Below are positions 14,096 through 25,733 of a DNA stretch of 64,000 nucleotides, piece after piece. Position 1 is the stretch's first letter, and every line of letters begins with the position of its first letter. Source of the DNA: Moniliella sp. 'wahieum'. Lineage: Eukaryota. Location of the stretch: the NCBI GenBank assembly GCA_003971905.1, contig RSEE01000013.1, forward strand, positions 682,001 through 746,000, written 5' to 3'. The notes under the pieces were generated by a model. It was not told the DNA's origin, made no database searches, and was given only the letters and a program-made list of their open reading frames with translations. Position numbers and translations under genes: made by a program.

Positions 14096-16454
14096 ATGAT
14101 GAACTCACCCACCAGCTCCCGCCGCCGCAGCATCAAGAAAGACGAGGTAGGCCCCTTGGTCTGTGACGAGTCGCTTGACTAAGAAACGACCCCCCCCCCC
14201 CAGGCCACGATCTAACACAGTCACACTTTCCACCTTTTTCTCCCCGCAGGCCATCCGGAAAAAAGTGGACATGGCGCTGCAGCGGAACCAGCGGCGGGGG
14301 CCTCTCGCCCCCCACCCGTTCCTCCCGTTCAGCCTCGAATCGGTCGCAGGGCGCACGCCCCAGCGGTCTTCGGGGCACGGTGGCTGCACTACGTCCTGAT
14401 CCGGCTGTGATGGTGGGTCCGACGACCAGCGTGTGGGATGCGTCCCAAGTGTGTGCGGCCAAGCGGGCAGATTGTGTGTTGGTAGTGGATGCCCAAGAGC
14501 GCTTGGTTGGGATTTTTACCGCCAAGGATCTGGCGTTTCGCGTGCGTATAAACTATCGAGACCGATGATCATACTGATCTGCCATTGCACGCTCGGATGC
14601 GAGGATCTCGCATCCATGCATGTTGTCGAGTGTTGATCGACGAGCCCCAACTGACCCTCGAGCGAACCATGGACTGTGTTTGCCACATTGTGCTTTTGAT
14701 GGCAGGTGGTCGCCGCGTGTCTCGACCCGCTCACTACCCCGTGAGCCAAATCATGACTGGTTCGCCTGTGGTGACGCGGGACAACATGTTGGCCACCGAA
14801 GCGCTGCAGCTCATGGGCACCAGGGGGTTTCGTCATCTGCCCGTGTGTGACGAGCGGGGCAACGTGGTAGGTTTGCTGGACATTGCCAAGGTCTGTTACG
14901 AAGCGCTGGAAAAGATTGAACGAGCATTTGCCAGCAGTCAACAACTGTACCGTGCGCTGCAGGGGGTGCGGTCCGAGTGGGGGTGCGAGCAAAGTAGGCC
15001 CGCCAGACGCGATGGAAACGTACGTGTGCAGGCTACGCGAACTGACGACGGCGCCACCGCTCAAGACACTGTTGGATCCAAGCACACTCCCCTGTACCGT
15101 GTCGGTGCACAGCCTGTGCTGGAAGCAGCGCGGATCATGGCTCAGTTTCGTACCACCTCTGTTCTTGTTTGGAGGAGGCACGAGCCCCCTCCGACAGAGG
15201 CGCGCCCCGCCTGGCAGGGATCTTCACCTCCAAAGATGCAGTGATGCGCGTGCTTGCTGCGGGCCTTGACCCGCAGACATGCAACATGGCCCAGGTCATG
15301 ACTCCGCACCCTGACACGGCCCCGCCAACAATCAGCATCCACAAGCGTTTCGTCAGATGCACAATGGCCATTACCTCAATCTCCCGGTTGTCGACGCGGA
15401 AGAAGGGGTGATCGGGGTGGTGGATGTCCTCCGTCTCACCTGGACCACCTTGGACATGATCACCTCGATGCGCGACGATGGGCCGGAAGGCAGTTCCTGG
15501 AACCAATTCTGGAGCACGTTTGGCTCGTCCTCCTTATTACCGCCACCGGCAGCTGCGGTACCCCCAACAACAACAAAGCAAGAGGAAAAAGAAGCTTTTG
15601 ATTCCCTGCTTCGCACAGGCTCCCCGAGCAGCAGCTCGGACCTCGTCCTTGGTTCCTCCCCGGGCCAACAATCTAAAAACCAGAGCGCAGCGGCCGTGGC
15701 GACCGAGCCCAACACGCAGCCAGACAAGCGAAGAAAGAGCTTGCGTCGTTCCTCGCTTGAGCCCGGTACCAATCCTGGTACTCCCCATACGACCAAAGTA
15801 ATCGGGACCGCGGATCCGTCCTCAGCCCCCGCGCTTGTGCCATGGGTATTCAAGTTCACCACGCCAAGTGGACGGGTGCATCGGTTCCAGTCGGCGTATC
15901 ATTGTCTGGAGCAAATCCGGGGTAAAGTGGAACAAACGTTGATACGCGATCCATTCTTCTGCCCTGCACCTTTACTGTCTTGCTTGCCTTCGTATGTCCC
16001 TCCTGATCCGGGCGACTTTAGCCTCGGCTACGAGGACGACGATCACGACCACGTCCTCCTTACTACCGATGCGGACTTGGTGCAAGCTATCCAGCTGACG
16101 CAGCGCATGGGCCAGAAGCGGCTCACGTTGCTCCTCTACCCTGGTGCCTCGTGGAAACAACACGACCCACAACGGGGAGACCTTGGATCCCATTCCGATT
16201 CGTACGAGGGTACCACACTAAGTGACGAGACCAACCCCACGCTCGATAGGAACGAAGAAACGTCGTCGGACTCTTCATCCCATGCGCTGCTTGACCCCTC
16301 CCATCCCGCCACCTGCGCCCAACACCCGCAGGGCCCGCAGGGCCCCCCACCAAGACCGACTGGGCCCTGCCTGCAGCGATTGGATTCTTGGGCGGGACAG
16401 TGGTGGTGGCTCTTGTGGCTTTCCGGTTCCGGCAACGACAGTGATTATAAATAA
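14096..16454 (+). CDS. CBS-domain and PB1-domain protein (Mug70-like)
   Basis: CBS repeats (LVGIFTAKDLAFR, GFRHLPV, AGIFTSKDAVMRVLAAGLDP, GHYLNLPVVD) and PB1 (FKFTTPSGRVHRF, LGYEDDDHDHVLLTTDADL); introns at ~14147-14249 and ~14542-14705. Confidence 0.88.
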
Positions 16455-17217
16455 CATGTTTCTACCGGACGCCCACAACAAGATGGACGTGTTTTAACCC
16501 CTTCATCTTTCCCCTTCCTTCCCTTGCCCCCACCTCCCCCCGCCCTCTTCCCCCTTCAACAGACACACTCTCCTTTCCTCTCTCTCTTTGACGACATTAG
16601 GACACTACTGTTCATGACAGCGGCGCTGCATTGCGCAGTGCTTCCGACCTTGCACGACGTTCACGACTTGCTCCCAGCTAGGAGAGATCAGTTTGTTTTG
16701 GTTTTATTTTTGGTGACGAGCTGTGCCTCTTCTCTGTTCCCTGTTCCCAACTCCTTTCTCGGCCCCGCTTTTGTAGCTCTTTCCTCAGCGCTTTCCTTTT
16801 CTCTTGCCTTTCCCGGCCTCGCGTGACGTTGGATTGTGTCCCTTTTTTGTGCCCTTTGGCACGATTGCATCCTCTCCCTACCCACTGCTGTGGCGCCAAC
16901 AAAACGAAGCGCCCACGCCTTTCTGTTCGTTCGGCTGGTGCCCATCTCTCATCACTTCCTCAGAGCCCGTCCCCGTTCCGCTCGCTCATTGATATCCTTG
17001 ACGAGAGAACCAGATATAATGGGCCTTGTCCGTACACGTCGATCTGAAAATCTGAACTTGCGAGCTCCAGAAGCAAGAGTAGAAGTGTGAACCTCTCCGC
17101 ACACAAGAGAGTCACTTGCATTGAGCGAGAGCTGCTAGTGACTGTACTGCCGAGCTGGTCTGCGCTCTGGTGCTTCCCACAGAGAGAGCCACTGGCGCTC
17201 ACGCTTAGGCTCTGTCT

Positions 17218-17420
17218 GAGGGCATCGACTTTCAATGTGCCATCAGCCGCACACGCTTTGAACAGTTGTTACGAGCCGTTAACTCGCCTCCTGGGACCTC
17301 TTGACAAGGTCCTGAATGACAGCAAAGTGGAGAAGGATCAGGTCGACGCCATTGTCATGGGGGAGGTTCAACACGGATACCATGTGTGCAGCGTTACCCC
17401 GCGTCTCAGCTGGTTACAAC
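17218..17420 (+). pseudogene. HSP70 fragment
   Basis: EGIDFQCAISRTRFEQL / LTRLLGPLDKVLNDSKVEKDQVDAIVM / GSTRIP match HSP70 ATPase-domain motifs; the rest of the gene is absent. Confidence 0.75.
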
Positions 17421-19467
17421 AACTATTATTTTGACAACCGCCAAGAGTTTGACTCCCTCCCTCGCTATCGGAGCCCAGTGTTGAAGAGTTTATACCCTTC
17501 CGGGCTCATTAATCATTGTTGAGCAGCGGGCACGTACGTGCTTGTCCAGATGTCTGGGAGAGGGGGATCCCCCGCGTCTCAGCCACTCCGACAAGTATTT
17601 CGAAACGATGAGCGTTAAGAGTTTGACCCTTCCCGCGCTATTGGCGCTCATTTTTAGTTCATAACCTTCCGGCCTTCGACTTTCGCTTCGCGCGGGGCCG
17701 TCGACGGCACCGAATACGCAAGGACAGACAGAGGTCGTTGGCGATGTAACTACATCCTAGCGTCGTCTTTTTGCATCGCTTGGGCTGAGAGCAGAAGCCC
17801 GGATGCGAACACCGAGGAGGGGTGGGAACTGAGACTGAGAGTACTCAGATTGAGTTCAACGTTCAGTACTCAGTCTCAGTTCACTGAGTCCCCAAGCCCT
17901 CAGATTGATCTCAGATCTCACGAGTCCTCAGACAGAGGCTTGACGGTCGGATGCATGATGCTTGAAGCTTGAGGACGGCCACCACTACGGCGTGGCAAAG
18001 CTTGAAGCTTGAAGCTTGAAGCTCCCAGAGGCTGATGCCCAGGATTCGCACCGGGCAAATTCAATCTTCAATTACATCCACTTTAAACGCCGACGCCAAG
18101 TGGCCGAGGGACGGTGGCCAGTGGCCGGTGAGGGGATGTTACATCCCTGATGCGGTCATGGAGGTTGACGCGTTGACGAGGCTGGACGTTGGACGCGGCG
18201 TGGGGGACGCGGTGGAGCGGACGCGAGGACGTGTGACATGTGAGCCGATGTCGGGTGACGTGCTGACGGCATGGATGCAGGATGGGTGATGCGTGGGTGA
18301 CCCGGTGACGCGTGCTGAGCGCTGCCACGCTGCCACGCTGCCACGCTGACGCACCCGGCCAGCCACCAAGTCGGGATGGCAGAGACGGCAGACAGTGGTC
18401 TGGGCGTGGCTGGCGCTAGAGCTAAGCGCTAGGGCTAAGCGCCGTGGAGTTAGTCCCAGGCAGCGTTTGTCCGTCGTGTGCGCAGCCACGGGGCGAGTGT
18501 TCTGCGTGCCGAGGAGCGGGCTGTCTGGAGTTAAATGCCCAATGTCGCCGGCGGCTCACGCGCTCACGCGCCAGCCGCGCAAAGGGTCACTGTGCCCGGG
18601 TACATATTACATTCGTGCCCGGCTCTGCCGATATTCGGGTTGGTGCTGGGCGAGTGCCCTGGACCGAGGACGGCGGGGGTGGTGTGGTGGTGGATCGGGG
18701 AGGCGGCTGTGTGTGCGGTGCGCGGAGGCGTGCACTGGGGACGGGACGGGCGCAGATAGATAGATTGGTTGATTGGTTAGGGGATGGGTCAGGGAGGGAG
18801 GCAGTGGCGAGGGCTGGCAAACCGATGGAGACGATCGATGATCGATGTGTGTCGGCGAGCCCTGTGGCCTGAAGCTCAGGCTTAGGCTTAGGCTCGATGG
18901 CCGATGGCCGATGGCCAGGCAGCTTGGAGCCCCATGTCCATGTTGCTCGTCCCGCCGGCCCAGTCGTCGGCGTCTCAATCTCACATCTCAGCATCCCAGA
19001 TTCCTCAGAAACGCCGCCCTGCCCTGCCGCCGCACGTGGGACACCGGAGGCCCAGCGCCCCAGTCGCTACGAACAGGCTAGCGGCTCCGGAGTCATGAGT
19101 GGCCAGCGCTCAGCCAGGGCACTGAGCCTCAGCACCTCAGCGATCAGCGTCACTCGCGTCACTAGCGTCACTCGACTTGACTGGTCCAGTCCAAGTGAGT
19201 CCGGCCGCACGCGCAGGCTCCTGCGCCTCTCGCCGGCCCCCGCCGACCCCTGTGACGCATTATGCATGATGTGTGATGTGTGACGCGTGACGTTGACTAC
19301 TGTCGTGTCACTCACTGCCTTTCTTCGGACTACATAACTTAGCCAGCATCGCAGCAGCACTTCCATCCGAAGCTACCCCTCTTCTTCCCACCACCGCCAC
19401 TGCCACCACCGCTACCACACCACATACCCTTTGCCCTCGCCTTCCCTTTCCCCCTCGGCACCGCACC

Positions 19468-20301
19468 ATGAGCACGCTTGACAATCTCTACGCGATGCAG
19501 CCCTACCGCAGCGCCCAATTCAACTACACCGTCACCTGGGGTACCGCTGGTTTCTTGGCGGGTGGAGCGGGCTTGGTGGTACCCTATTGTCCGGCTCGCC
19601 TCGCGTCGCTGGCCGTCGGTCGCCCGCGCCCACCCTAGTGTCAAGTTCTCCTTGTGCTTTTTCGGCGTGTGCATTGGGCATGATTGCGGCCGACAAGGGC
19701 GGGCTTGCGCTTTGACCGCCAAAACCGCCGCGACTTTATCGCGCTCCAGCAAGGCGAGACGGCCGAGGACCGGATTTGGAACTCGCTCACGCCGTCCCAA
19801 AAGGCGCTCACCTTTATCAAGGACAACAAGGTTCCTGTCGCACTGGGAGGGTACGTTGCTGCATCCGTTGTTCGGTTCTGTTTCTCTTGGGTGGCCTACC
19901 ACCTGCGTACAGTTGTACTGACTGTCTGTGTGTCTGTTGCCTATATGCCTGCTGCTGCCTGTCTGTCTGCCTGTCTGTCTGTCTGCCTGTCTGCCTGTCT
20001 GCCTGCCTACCCTCCCCTGGGATCGATCTGCGCTCGGCTGCTCTGTAGGTTGGCCACGTCGATCGGGACTGTGCTCGCCTACCTCCAAACCACGCCGATG
20101 ACAGGACGCAGAAAGTGGTGGAAGCGCGTGTATGGGGCCAGGGGGACCATCCTCACCATCCTCGCCATTGCCGGCTTGAGCACCATCCCCACCCCCGGCG
20201 ACGGAAATCAAGAAGCTGCACGAGCGCGACAACAACACTCGTGGATGGACAGCTGGAAGCGTCCCAACCAGACCTCAAGGCAGCTCGAAACAAAGAAGTG
20301 A
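19468..20301 (+). CDS. RCF2: Respiratory supercomplex factor 2-like HIG1-domain membrane protein
   Basis: WNSLTPSQKALTFIKDNK, hydrophobic helices and the HIG1 motif QKVVEARVWGQG; intron at ~19851-20048 containing (CTGT/CTGC)n. Confidence 0.7.
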
Positions 20302-21320
20302 TCGGTTCGGTCAATGCATATCTGGCGGCAAAATGCCTATTTTTTTTTTACCTGGCCGTGGAGGATGCAGGGCGGGGCTTGGGGATTGTGCCTGATGGAA
20401 CAGGGTCTATCAGATGATGCGCAACGTTCCACACATGTCCTCGTCCTGGCATTGGCCCAATCTACTATCCCCTGTAAGCTTTCGCGCACTCCGAATTGGA
20501 TGATTGCAACGACATTGTAGTTCTCGTCATGGGTGCTGCTTGGTGCATCCATGGCGAGAGGGCTTGGCTGCGGCGCGCCATGGGCCGTTTGTATGGGATA
20601 GGGGGAAGGAGGCGAGGAGGGCGGGATGGGACGCAGTGGGAAACAGAACAGGAACACATTGCCCAAGGCGCGTCGAGCCAATGCGTGGGAGGGCGGGGGT
20701 GCGGAGGGAGAGTGTGTGTGCTGGAAGATGGGCCCCCTGTGCGCCTGGGATGGATGCTGCTGCTGGCACTTGTGGGTCCCATCGGCGGCGAGGATCGAGG
20801 AGCACGCCAATCAAGGATCAAGCTTGACTTCAAATTTCAAAGGTGCCCACCTTAAGCCAGCGGGGAAGGAGGGGCAACCCTAGCACGCGCCCACAGGCTA
20901 GGGTTGCGGGCGGGGGGGCTTGGCGATCGGGCGAGTGGCGGGAAGAAAGCCGGTGGAGAGCAGGGTAGGGTTAGACGTTAGAGTTAGATCGCAGCGGCCA
21001 AATGCCACAGGTGAGCTGGACCGGTGATGTGCCGCGCACCCTGGGCGGCGGGGCAGGGCAGGCGGGCAGTGTGCTGCGGCCCAACCGGGTATTGGCGGGG
21101 GCTGCCGGTTAGGTGCTGGGCACGGGCACCTGGGCAGGCATGCGGCACGCGGCCAGTGTGTGGCTGCTGCGGGTGTCTCTGTGCTGCATTTTCTGCCTCG
21201 CTGTTTCTTCCAGGCAGCCACGCCAGTCTGCTCATCTCTTCCCCCCACCACCCCTTCCCGCCCCCCTCCCCCCCCCACCCCGCCTCTCCTTGGCCGGCCC
21301 TCAGAGCCCGCCCCTGCCGC

Positions 21321-21425
21321 ACGGCCCCGCCCCCCTTCGCCCACCATTCCCTCCGAAGAACTAATAGCTTCGCCCCGCTGGGTCGCACGCTGTGCTCCCC
21401 GCCCCACCCGCGTCCGCCTCCCTAG
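21321..21425 (+). promoter_or_regulatory. Candidate non-AUG regulatory uORF (uCC) in the ODC 5' leader
   Basis: CCACC-ATT at 21346 and ACG at 21321; a frame ending LRRTNSFAPLGRTLCSPPHPRPPP-TAG at 21425, 52 nt before the ODC AUG. Confidence 0.55.
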
Positions 21426-21477
21426 CACCGCCCGCTCCGCTTTTGAATTTTCTCTCCCCCTCCCCCCCTTCGCCCCC

Positions 21478-23117
21478 ATGGCTTCCCACACCCCTGCCCC
21501 CGCCCCCGCGCCGCCGCCGACCGTGACGGCCGAGCAGGCCGCTCGCGCTGCCCTCAAGGCAGCCTCTCTCGATTGTCACCTCCCCTCTCGCCCGGCTCCT
21601 CTTCCCAAGAAGCCCATTGACCCGGCCGTGGCAGCCCGGGTGCAGGCCAAGCTCGATGCGCTGGCACTGGACGAGACCCTTGCCGCGTCTCCGCTGCCCT
21701 CGCTTCAGCCGCTCTACGGTGCGGATCCGACCATGAGCAAGCCCATCTACCCTGGCACCGTTGCTGCCAATCTGGCCGCGGTCCTGAATGGGATCGACGT
21801 GGATGAGTGCGATGTGGATGGCGAAAATGCGTTTTTCGTTGCGGACCTGTCTGTTGTGCATCAACAGCACACGCGTTGGCTCGCCGAGCTGCCCCGCATC
21901 ACTCCCTTTTACGCTGTCAAATGCAATCCCGACCCGTACATGCTGCGCCTGCTCGCTGGCCTGGGTACCGGGTTTGATTGTGCGTCGAATGCGGAAATTC
22001 AGTCGGTGCTCAACCTGGGCGTGGCACCGGAACGGATTGTGTATGCCAACCCGTGCAAGGCGGCGTCCTTTGTTCGTCAAGCCAAGCGGCAGCACGTTGA
22101 GTTGGCCACGTTTGACAATGCCGACGAATTGGACAAGATGGCTCGGTTCCATCCCACGTGCAAACTCGTCGTTCGCATTCTCGCCGATGACAGTCGCAGC
22201 GTATGCCAGCTCGGGCTCAAGTTTGGTGCTCCGGTAGGTGCGGTGCCCGGACTGTTGGCCAAGGCGAAAGCCTCAACCTGTCGGTTGTCGGCGTGAGCTT
22301 CCACGTGGGCAGCGGGTGCTTTGACCCGCTTGCGTTCCGGGATGCGATTGCGCGTGCCCGCTCGGCGTTCGATATGGGCGACCAGGCTGGCTACATTTTG
22401 ACCTGTTGGATGTAGGTGGCGGATTTGAACCGCCTACGTTTGCTGCCACGGCCGCCGTGTTGCGCGAGGCGATTGATGATTACTTCCCCTCCTCGATCTA
22501 CTCGTCTTCTGCCGACGGTGCGCGTCCCTTCGGATCATTGCTGAGCCAGGCCGGTTCTACGCCGCGTCGGCCTTCACTTTGGCGGCGAACATTATTGCTC
22601 GTCGGGACGGTGCGTCGGACGCGCCTGTGCCCGAGACCGAAGAAGACTTGTCCTCGCAAGGCCACGACCACGACGGTACCGTTTCCTCTGCCACGACGGT
22701 CGCGGAGGAGACGGCAGCGACACCGCGTGTGATGCTGTACCAGAACGACGGGGTGTATGGCGCGTTCAACTGCATCATGTTTGATCACCAAGAGGTGGAA
22801 CCCAAGGTGCTTACGTTGCAACGGAAATTTGTGTACCCTGTTGGGCGTACGAGCGCGTCGGGGGACCTAGTTCCGTGTTCCGTCTGGGGTCCGACGTGCG
22901 ACTCGATCGACTGTGTGGCACGGGCGGCTCTGTTGCCCGCTGGGCCGGTGGGCTGGAAGTAGGCGATTGGTTGGGCTACGAGCAAATGGGCGCATACACC
23001 CTCTGTGCCGCCTCGGCGTTCAATGGCATTCCTACCGCTTCGGTGCGGTACTGCCTCGGTGCGGAAGGTGAACACGCAACCGCCGTTCGGTCCGTGTTGC
23101 AACTTGACTCGGCCTAG
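21478..23117 (+). CDS. SPE1: Ornithine decarboxylase
   Basis: AFFVADL, PLP-lysine motif PFYAVKCNPD, GFDCAS, IVYANPCK, VGVSFHVGSG, DVGGGF, NDGVYGAFNC, WGPTCDSID, MGAYT; frameshifts. Confidence 0.95.
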
Positions 23118-23720
23118 GCCCGTCCACCTTGTTGGTCTTAAAATGTTTCCTGTGCGGCGCCGTGTCGGAGTCCCACACGAATGAGGACCCGGCATGAAAA
23201 GTGCCTGCAATTCATTAATGTTGGTTCGGAACGAGCGATTGTGCGCCGAGAAGGGAGGGGCGGGGGTGGTAGAGAGACATACAGCTACTTCGGGGAAAAT
23301 CGAGAGTTGAGAGCTGCTATACTTAGGCCCACAGCCGACTTGTATCGCAGAACCCTCTTCCTTGCCAAGCTGCGGAGCCACCCAGAAAGAAAAAGGAAAG
23401 AAAAAGTCGTATCAACCGTTTCTGCTTAGTTAGCAAGCCCGTCGGAAAAGGCACCTAGCTGCATGACCGGTTCGGCGTCCCCACCCATAAGCAGAACCTC
23501 TCGTAGTGTAGCCTTCACCGCATACACTCAACGTCCCACTTACCGTTGAGGCTAACATTCACCGTGTTCACCGTGTTCACCGTGTTCACCTCCCATGTCC
23601 CATGCGCCAAACCGCGTCTGGAGTGCGGTGCGTGGTGCAGGTCACATGCCCCCCGGCTCCTCTGACCCAGCTCGACTACTCTGCATACTCGCAACAGTGT
23701 AACAGTGTAACAGTCACAAG

Positions 23721-23829
23721 GGAGGCATAGCCTAGTGGTCTATGGCATCGTATTCAAGTCATTAAGCGACTTCCGCTTAAGAGTGGATGGGAACTGCGAC
23801 ATTCGTGGGTTCGAGTCCCACTGCCTTCA
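23721..23829 (+). tRNA. tRNA-Leu(CAA)-like gene with 35-nt intron (23759-23793)
   Basis: Acceptor GGAGGCA/TGCCTTC+A, D-arm GCCTAGTGGTCTATGGC, anticodon stem TCGTA/TGCGA with TT-CAA-G, T-arm GTGGG-TTCGAGT-CCCAC, oligo-T Pol III terminator immediately downstream. Confidence 0.85.
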
Positions 23830-24569
23830 CTTTTTCTTTTTTCCCATCGGGGGTTTCAAGTTCGTATGGTACTGGGGCTGGTCCCCCCCCCCCTAACCCC
23901 CCTCCTTGGCCGAACTGGCCGAGCTGACCGTGTGCGCTGAGCGTTGAGCCGAACGTTGAGCCATGAAGCGGGCGGACTGCGACCGTCGTCGCGTCGTGCG
24001 GTTGGAATACTACCCCTCTGGCTATATGTAGCTTCTAGCTCCAAGCACTTTAGTTCATACTAGGGATTGTATTGTTGCTCCATTCCCCATTCCCCATTCC
24101 CCACATTTCCCATCCCCTGTTCACGTGGACATGGATCAACCATCTGGGCATATCTGAGCGTTCCGTGCTGGGCGACGTGCAGTGAGATGCAGCCTCTACA
24201 GCAGGCTGAGTTGAGATTGGACAGACCAATAAGGCTCTTCCAACACACAAGGTATATCGGACGAGAGGAGAAAAAAAATAAAAGAAAACGGAAACGAACT
24301 CCAGTCCCCTCTCCTCATACGGGCTTCTCCCCCCATATGGGCTCCTCCCCTCATATGGACTCCTCCCCCAAACCTTTCTACGTTATACGTCGTACGGCAT
24401 GGCTGCACCACATGATGCCTCGTCACGCATCAACTCCAACGCTCAAAATCTCATACTAAACGAACCGAGGGTAAAAGCACATGTGGGACACGTGGGCGAG
24501 ACAGGTGGGAGCGACGGGGAAACAAAAGAAGGCGAGAGGGCTGAACGTTGAGGCCGGGGTTGAGGTCAA

Positions 24570-24682
24570 CAGAGAGGAAAGGGGAGAGAGAAGATAGGAA
24601 AGAGAAGAGGAGAGAGGAGGAGGAGAGAGGGAGAAGAGGAGAGAGGAGAGGAGAGAGGAGAGAGAAGAATGGAGGAGAGAGG
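24570..24682. repeat. Polypurine (GAGAG)n low-complexity tract
   Basis: About 110 nt composed almost entirely of G and A. Confidence 0.8.
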
Positions 24683-25733
24683 CCCCCAGCCAGGTGCAGG
24701 TATAGGTATAAGTGCAAGTGCATATCAAGGGCCAGAGGTCAACCCGACTCCCAACCCCGAGGGCTTCCTAAGAAGCCTCTGTGGCTCCAGCTTGGGCTCT
24801 GACTCTGGCTCTTGCTCTGGCTCTGGCTCTGGCTCATTTTTTTGCTCTGCACGAAAAGAGTGGGAGATACCACTTGCCACTTGCCACTTGCCACGCTCCA
24901 TCTCACACCTCATGCCTCATGCCTGACACGAACAACGGGAGGGGGGTAATTTTGTTGGTCTGGCCCTGTCTGACCGGCTGACCTCAGATCAACGATCCGA
25001 CCTCAAGCCTCAGAACCCGAAACCCCGAAGCCGAACCAGAACCGCAGGAGCCAACGGCGCCGTGAATGCCAAGAAAAATGGTGCAAGTTGGGTCGAGAGA
25101 CTAAGCGCGACAGAGAGGGAGGGGGGTGTCATGGGGGCTGGATGGGCACGGGGTGGGAGGGGATCAATGCGACCAGTGGAAATGGTGAGAAGGGTGAAAA
25201 TGGTGCGAACGAAGGGAAGAGTGAGAAGGCAGAGAACGGAGTAGAGGGAAAGAACGCAGAGAAATGAAATGAGAGAAGAGAGAGAGAGACGATGCAGGAT
25301 GATGCGAAGGGGGGGTGGGTAGGGGGGGCGAGAGGCAAAAAAAGGAACGGGTTCAACGTTAAACGTTCGCGCGCAACAGTCACAATGTCACATGTCGCAT
25401 GTCACGAGAGGAAATCTATAGAGGAACAACGAACGTTCAAGCTGTAGCTTTCCTCGGTCCATAAAATGTGCAGGGGAAGAGAAAGGGAGGCAGGGAGGGA
25501 AAGGGGCAGGGGGGAACAGCAAAGATCGAAGGCAGAGGGGGAAAGGCGGAGGAGGTGGGAGGGGGGGTACGGATACATGACCAGTGGAAGCAGGTTTTAG
25601 GTTCGACAAGGAGACGGTGGAGGCAGGAAGGAGGGGGCAAACAAGGAAAACCCATGACAAACCGTTGAAAGGGAAATCAAGGTTCGACGTTCAAGGTTTT
25701 AACGTGTAAGGTGTGAGGTGTAAAGTGTAAGGT

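Noticed and set aside
17595..17620. GAAAC/GATGAG as a hammerhead ribozyme core
   Set aside because: No CTGANGA box and no supporting stems in the required order.
23748..23760. TCA read as a selenocysteine or opal-suppressor anticodon
   Set aside because: Stem pairing TCGTA/TGCGA centres the loop on CAA, and the extended acceptor and D stems of tRNA-Sec are absent.
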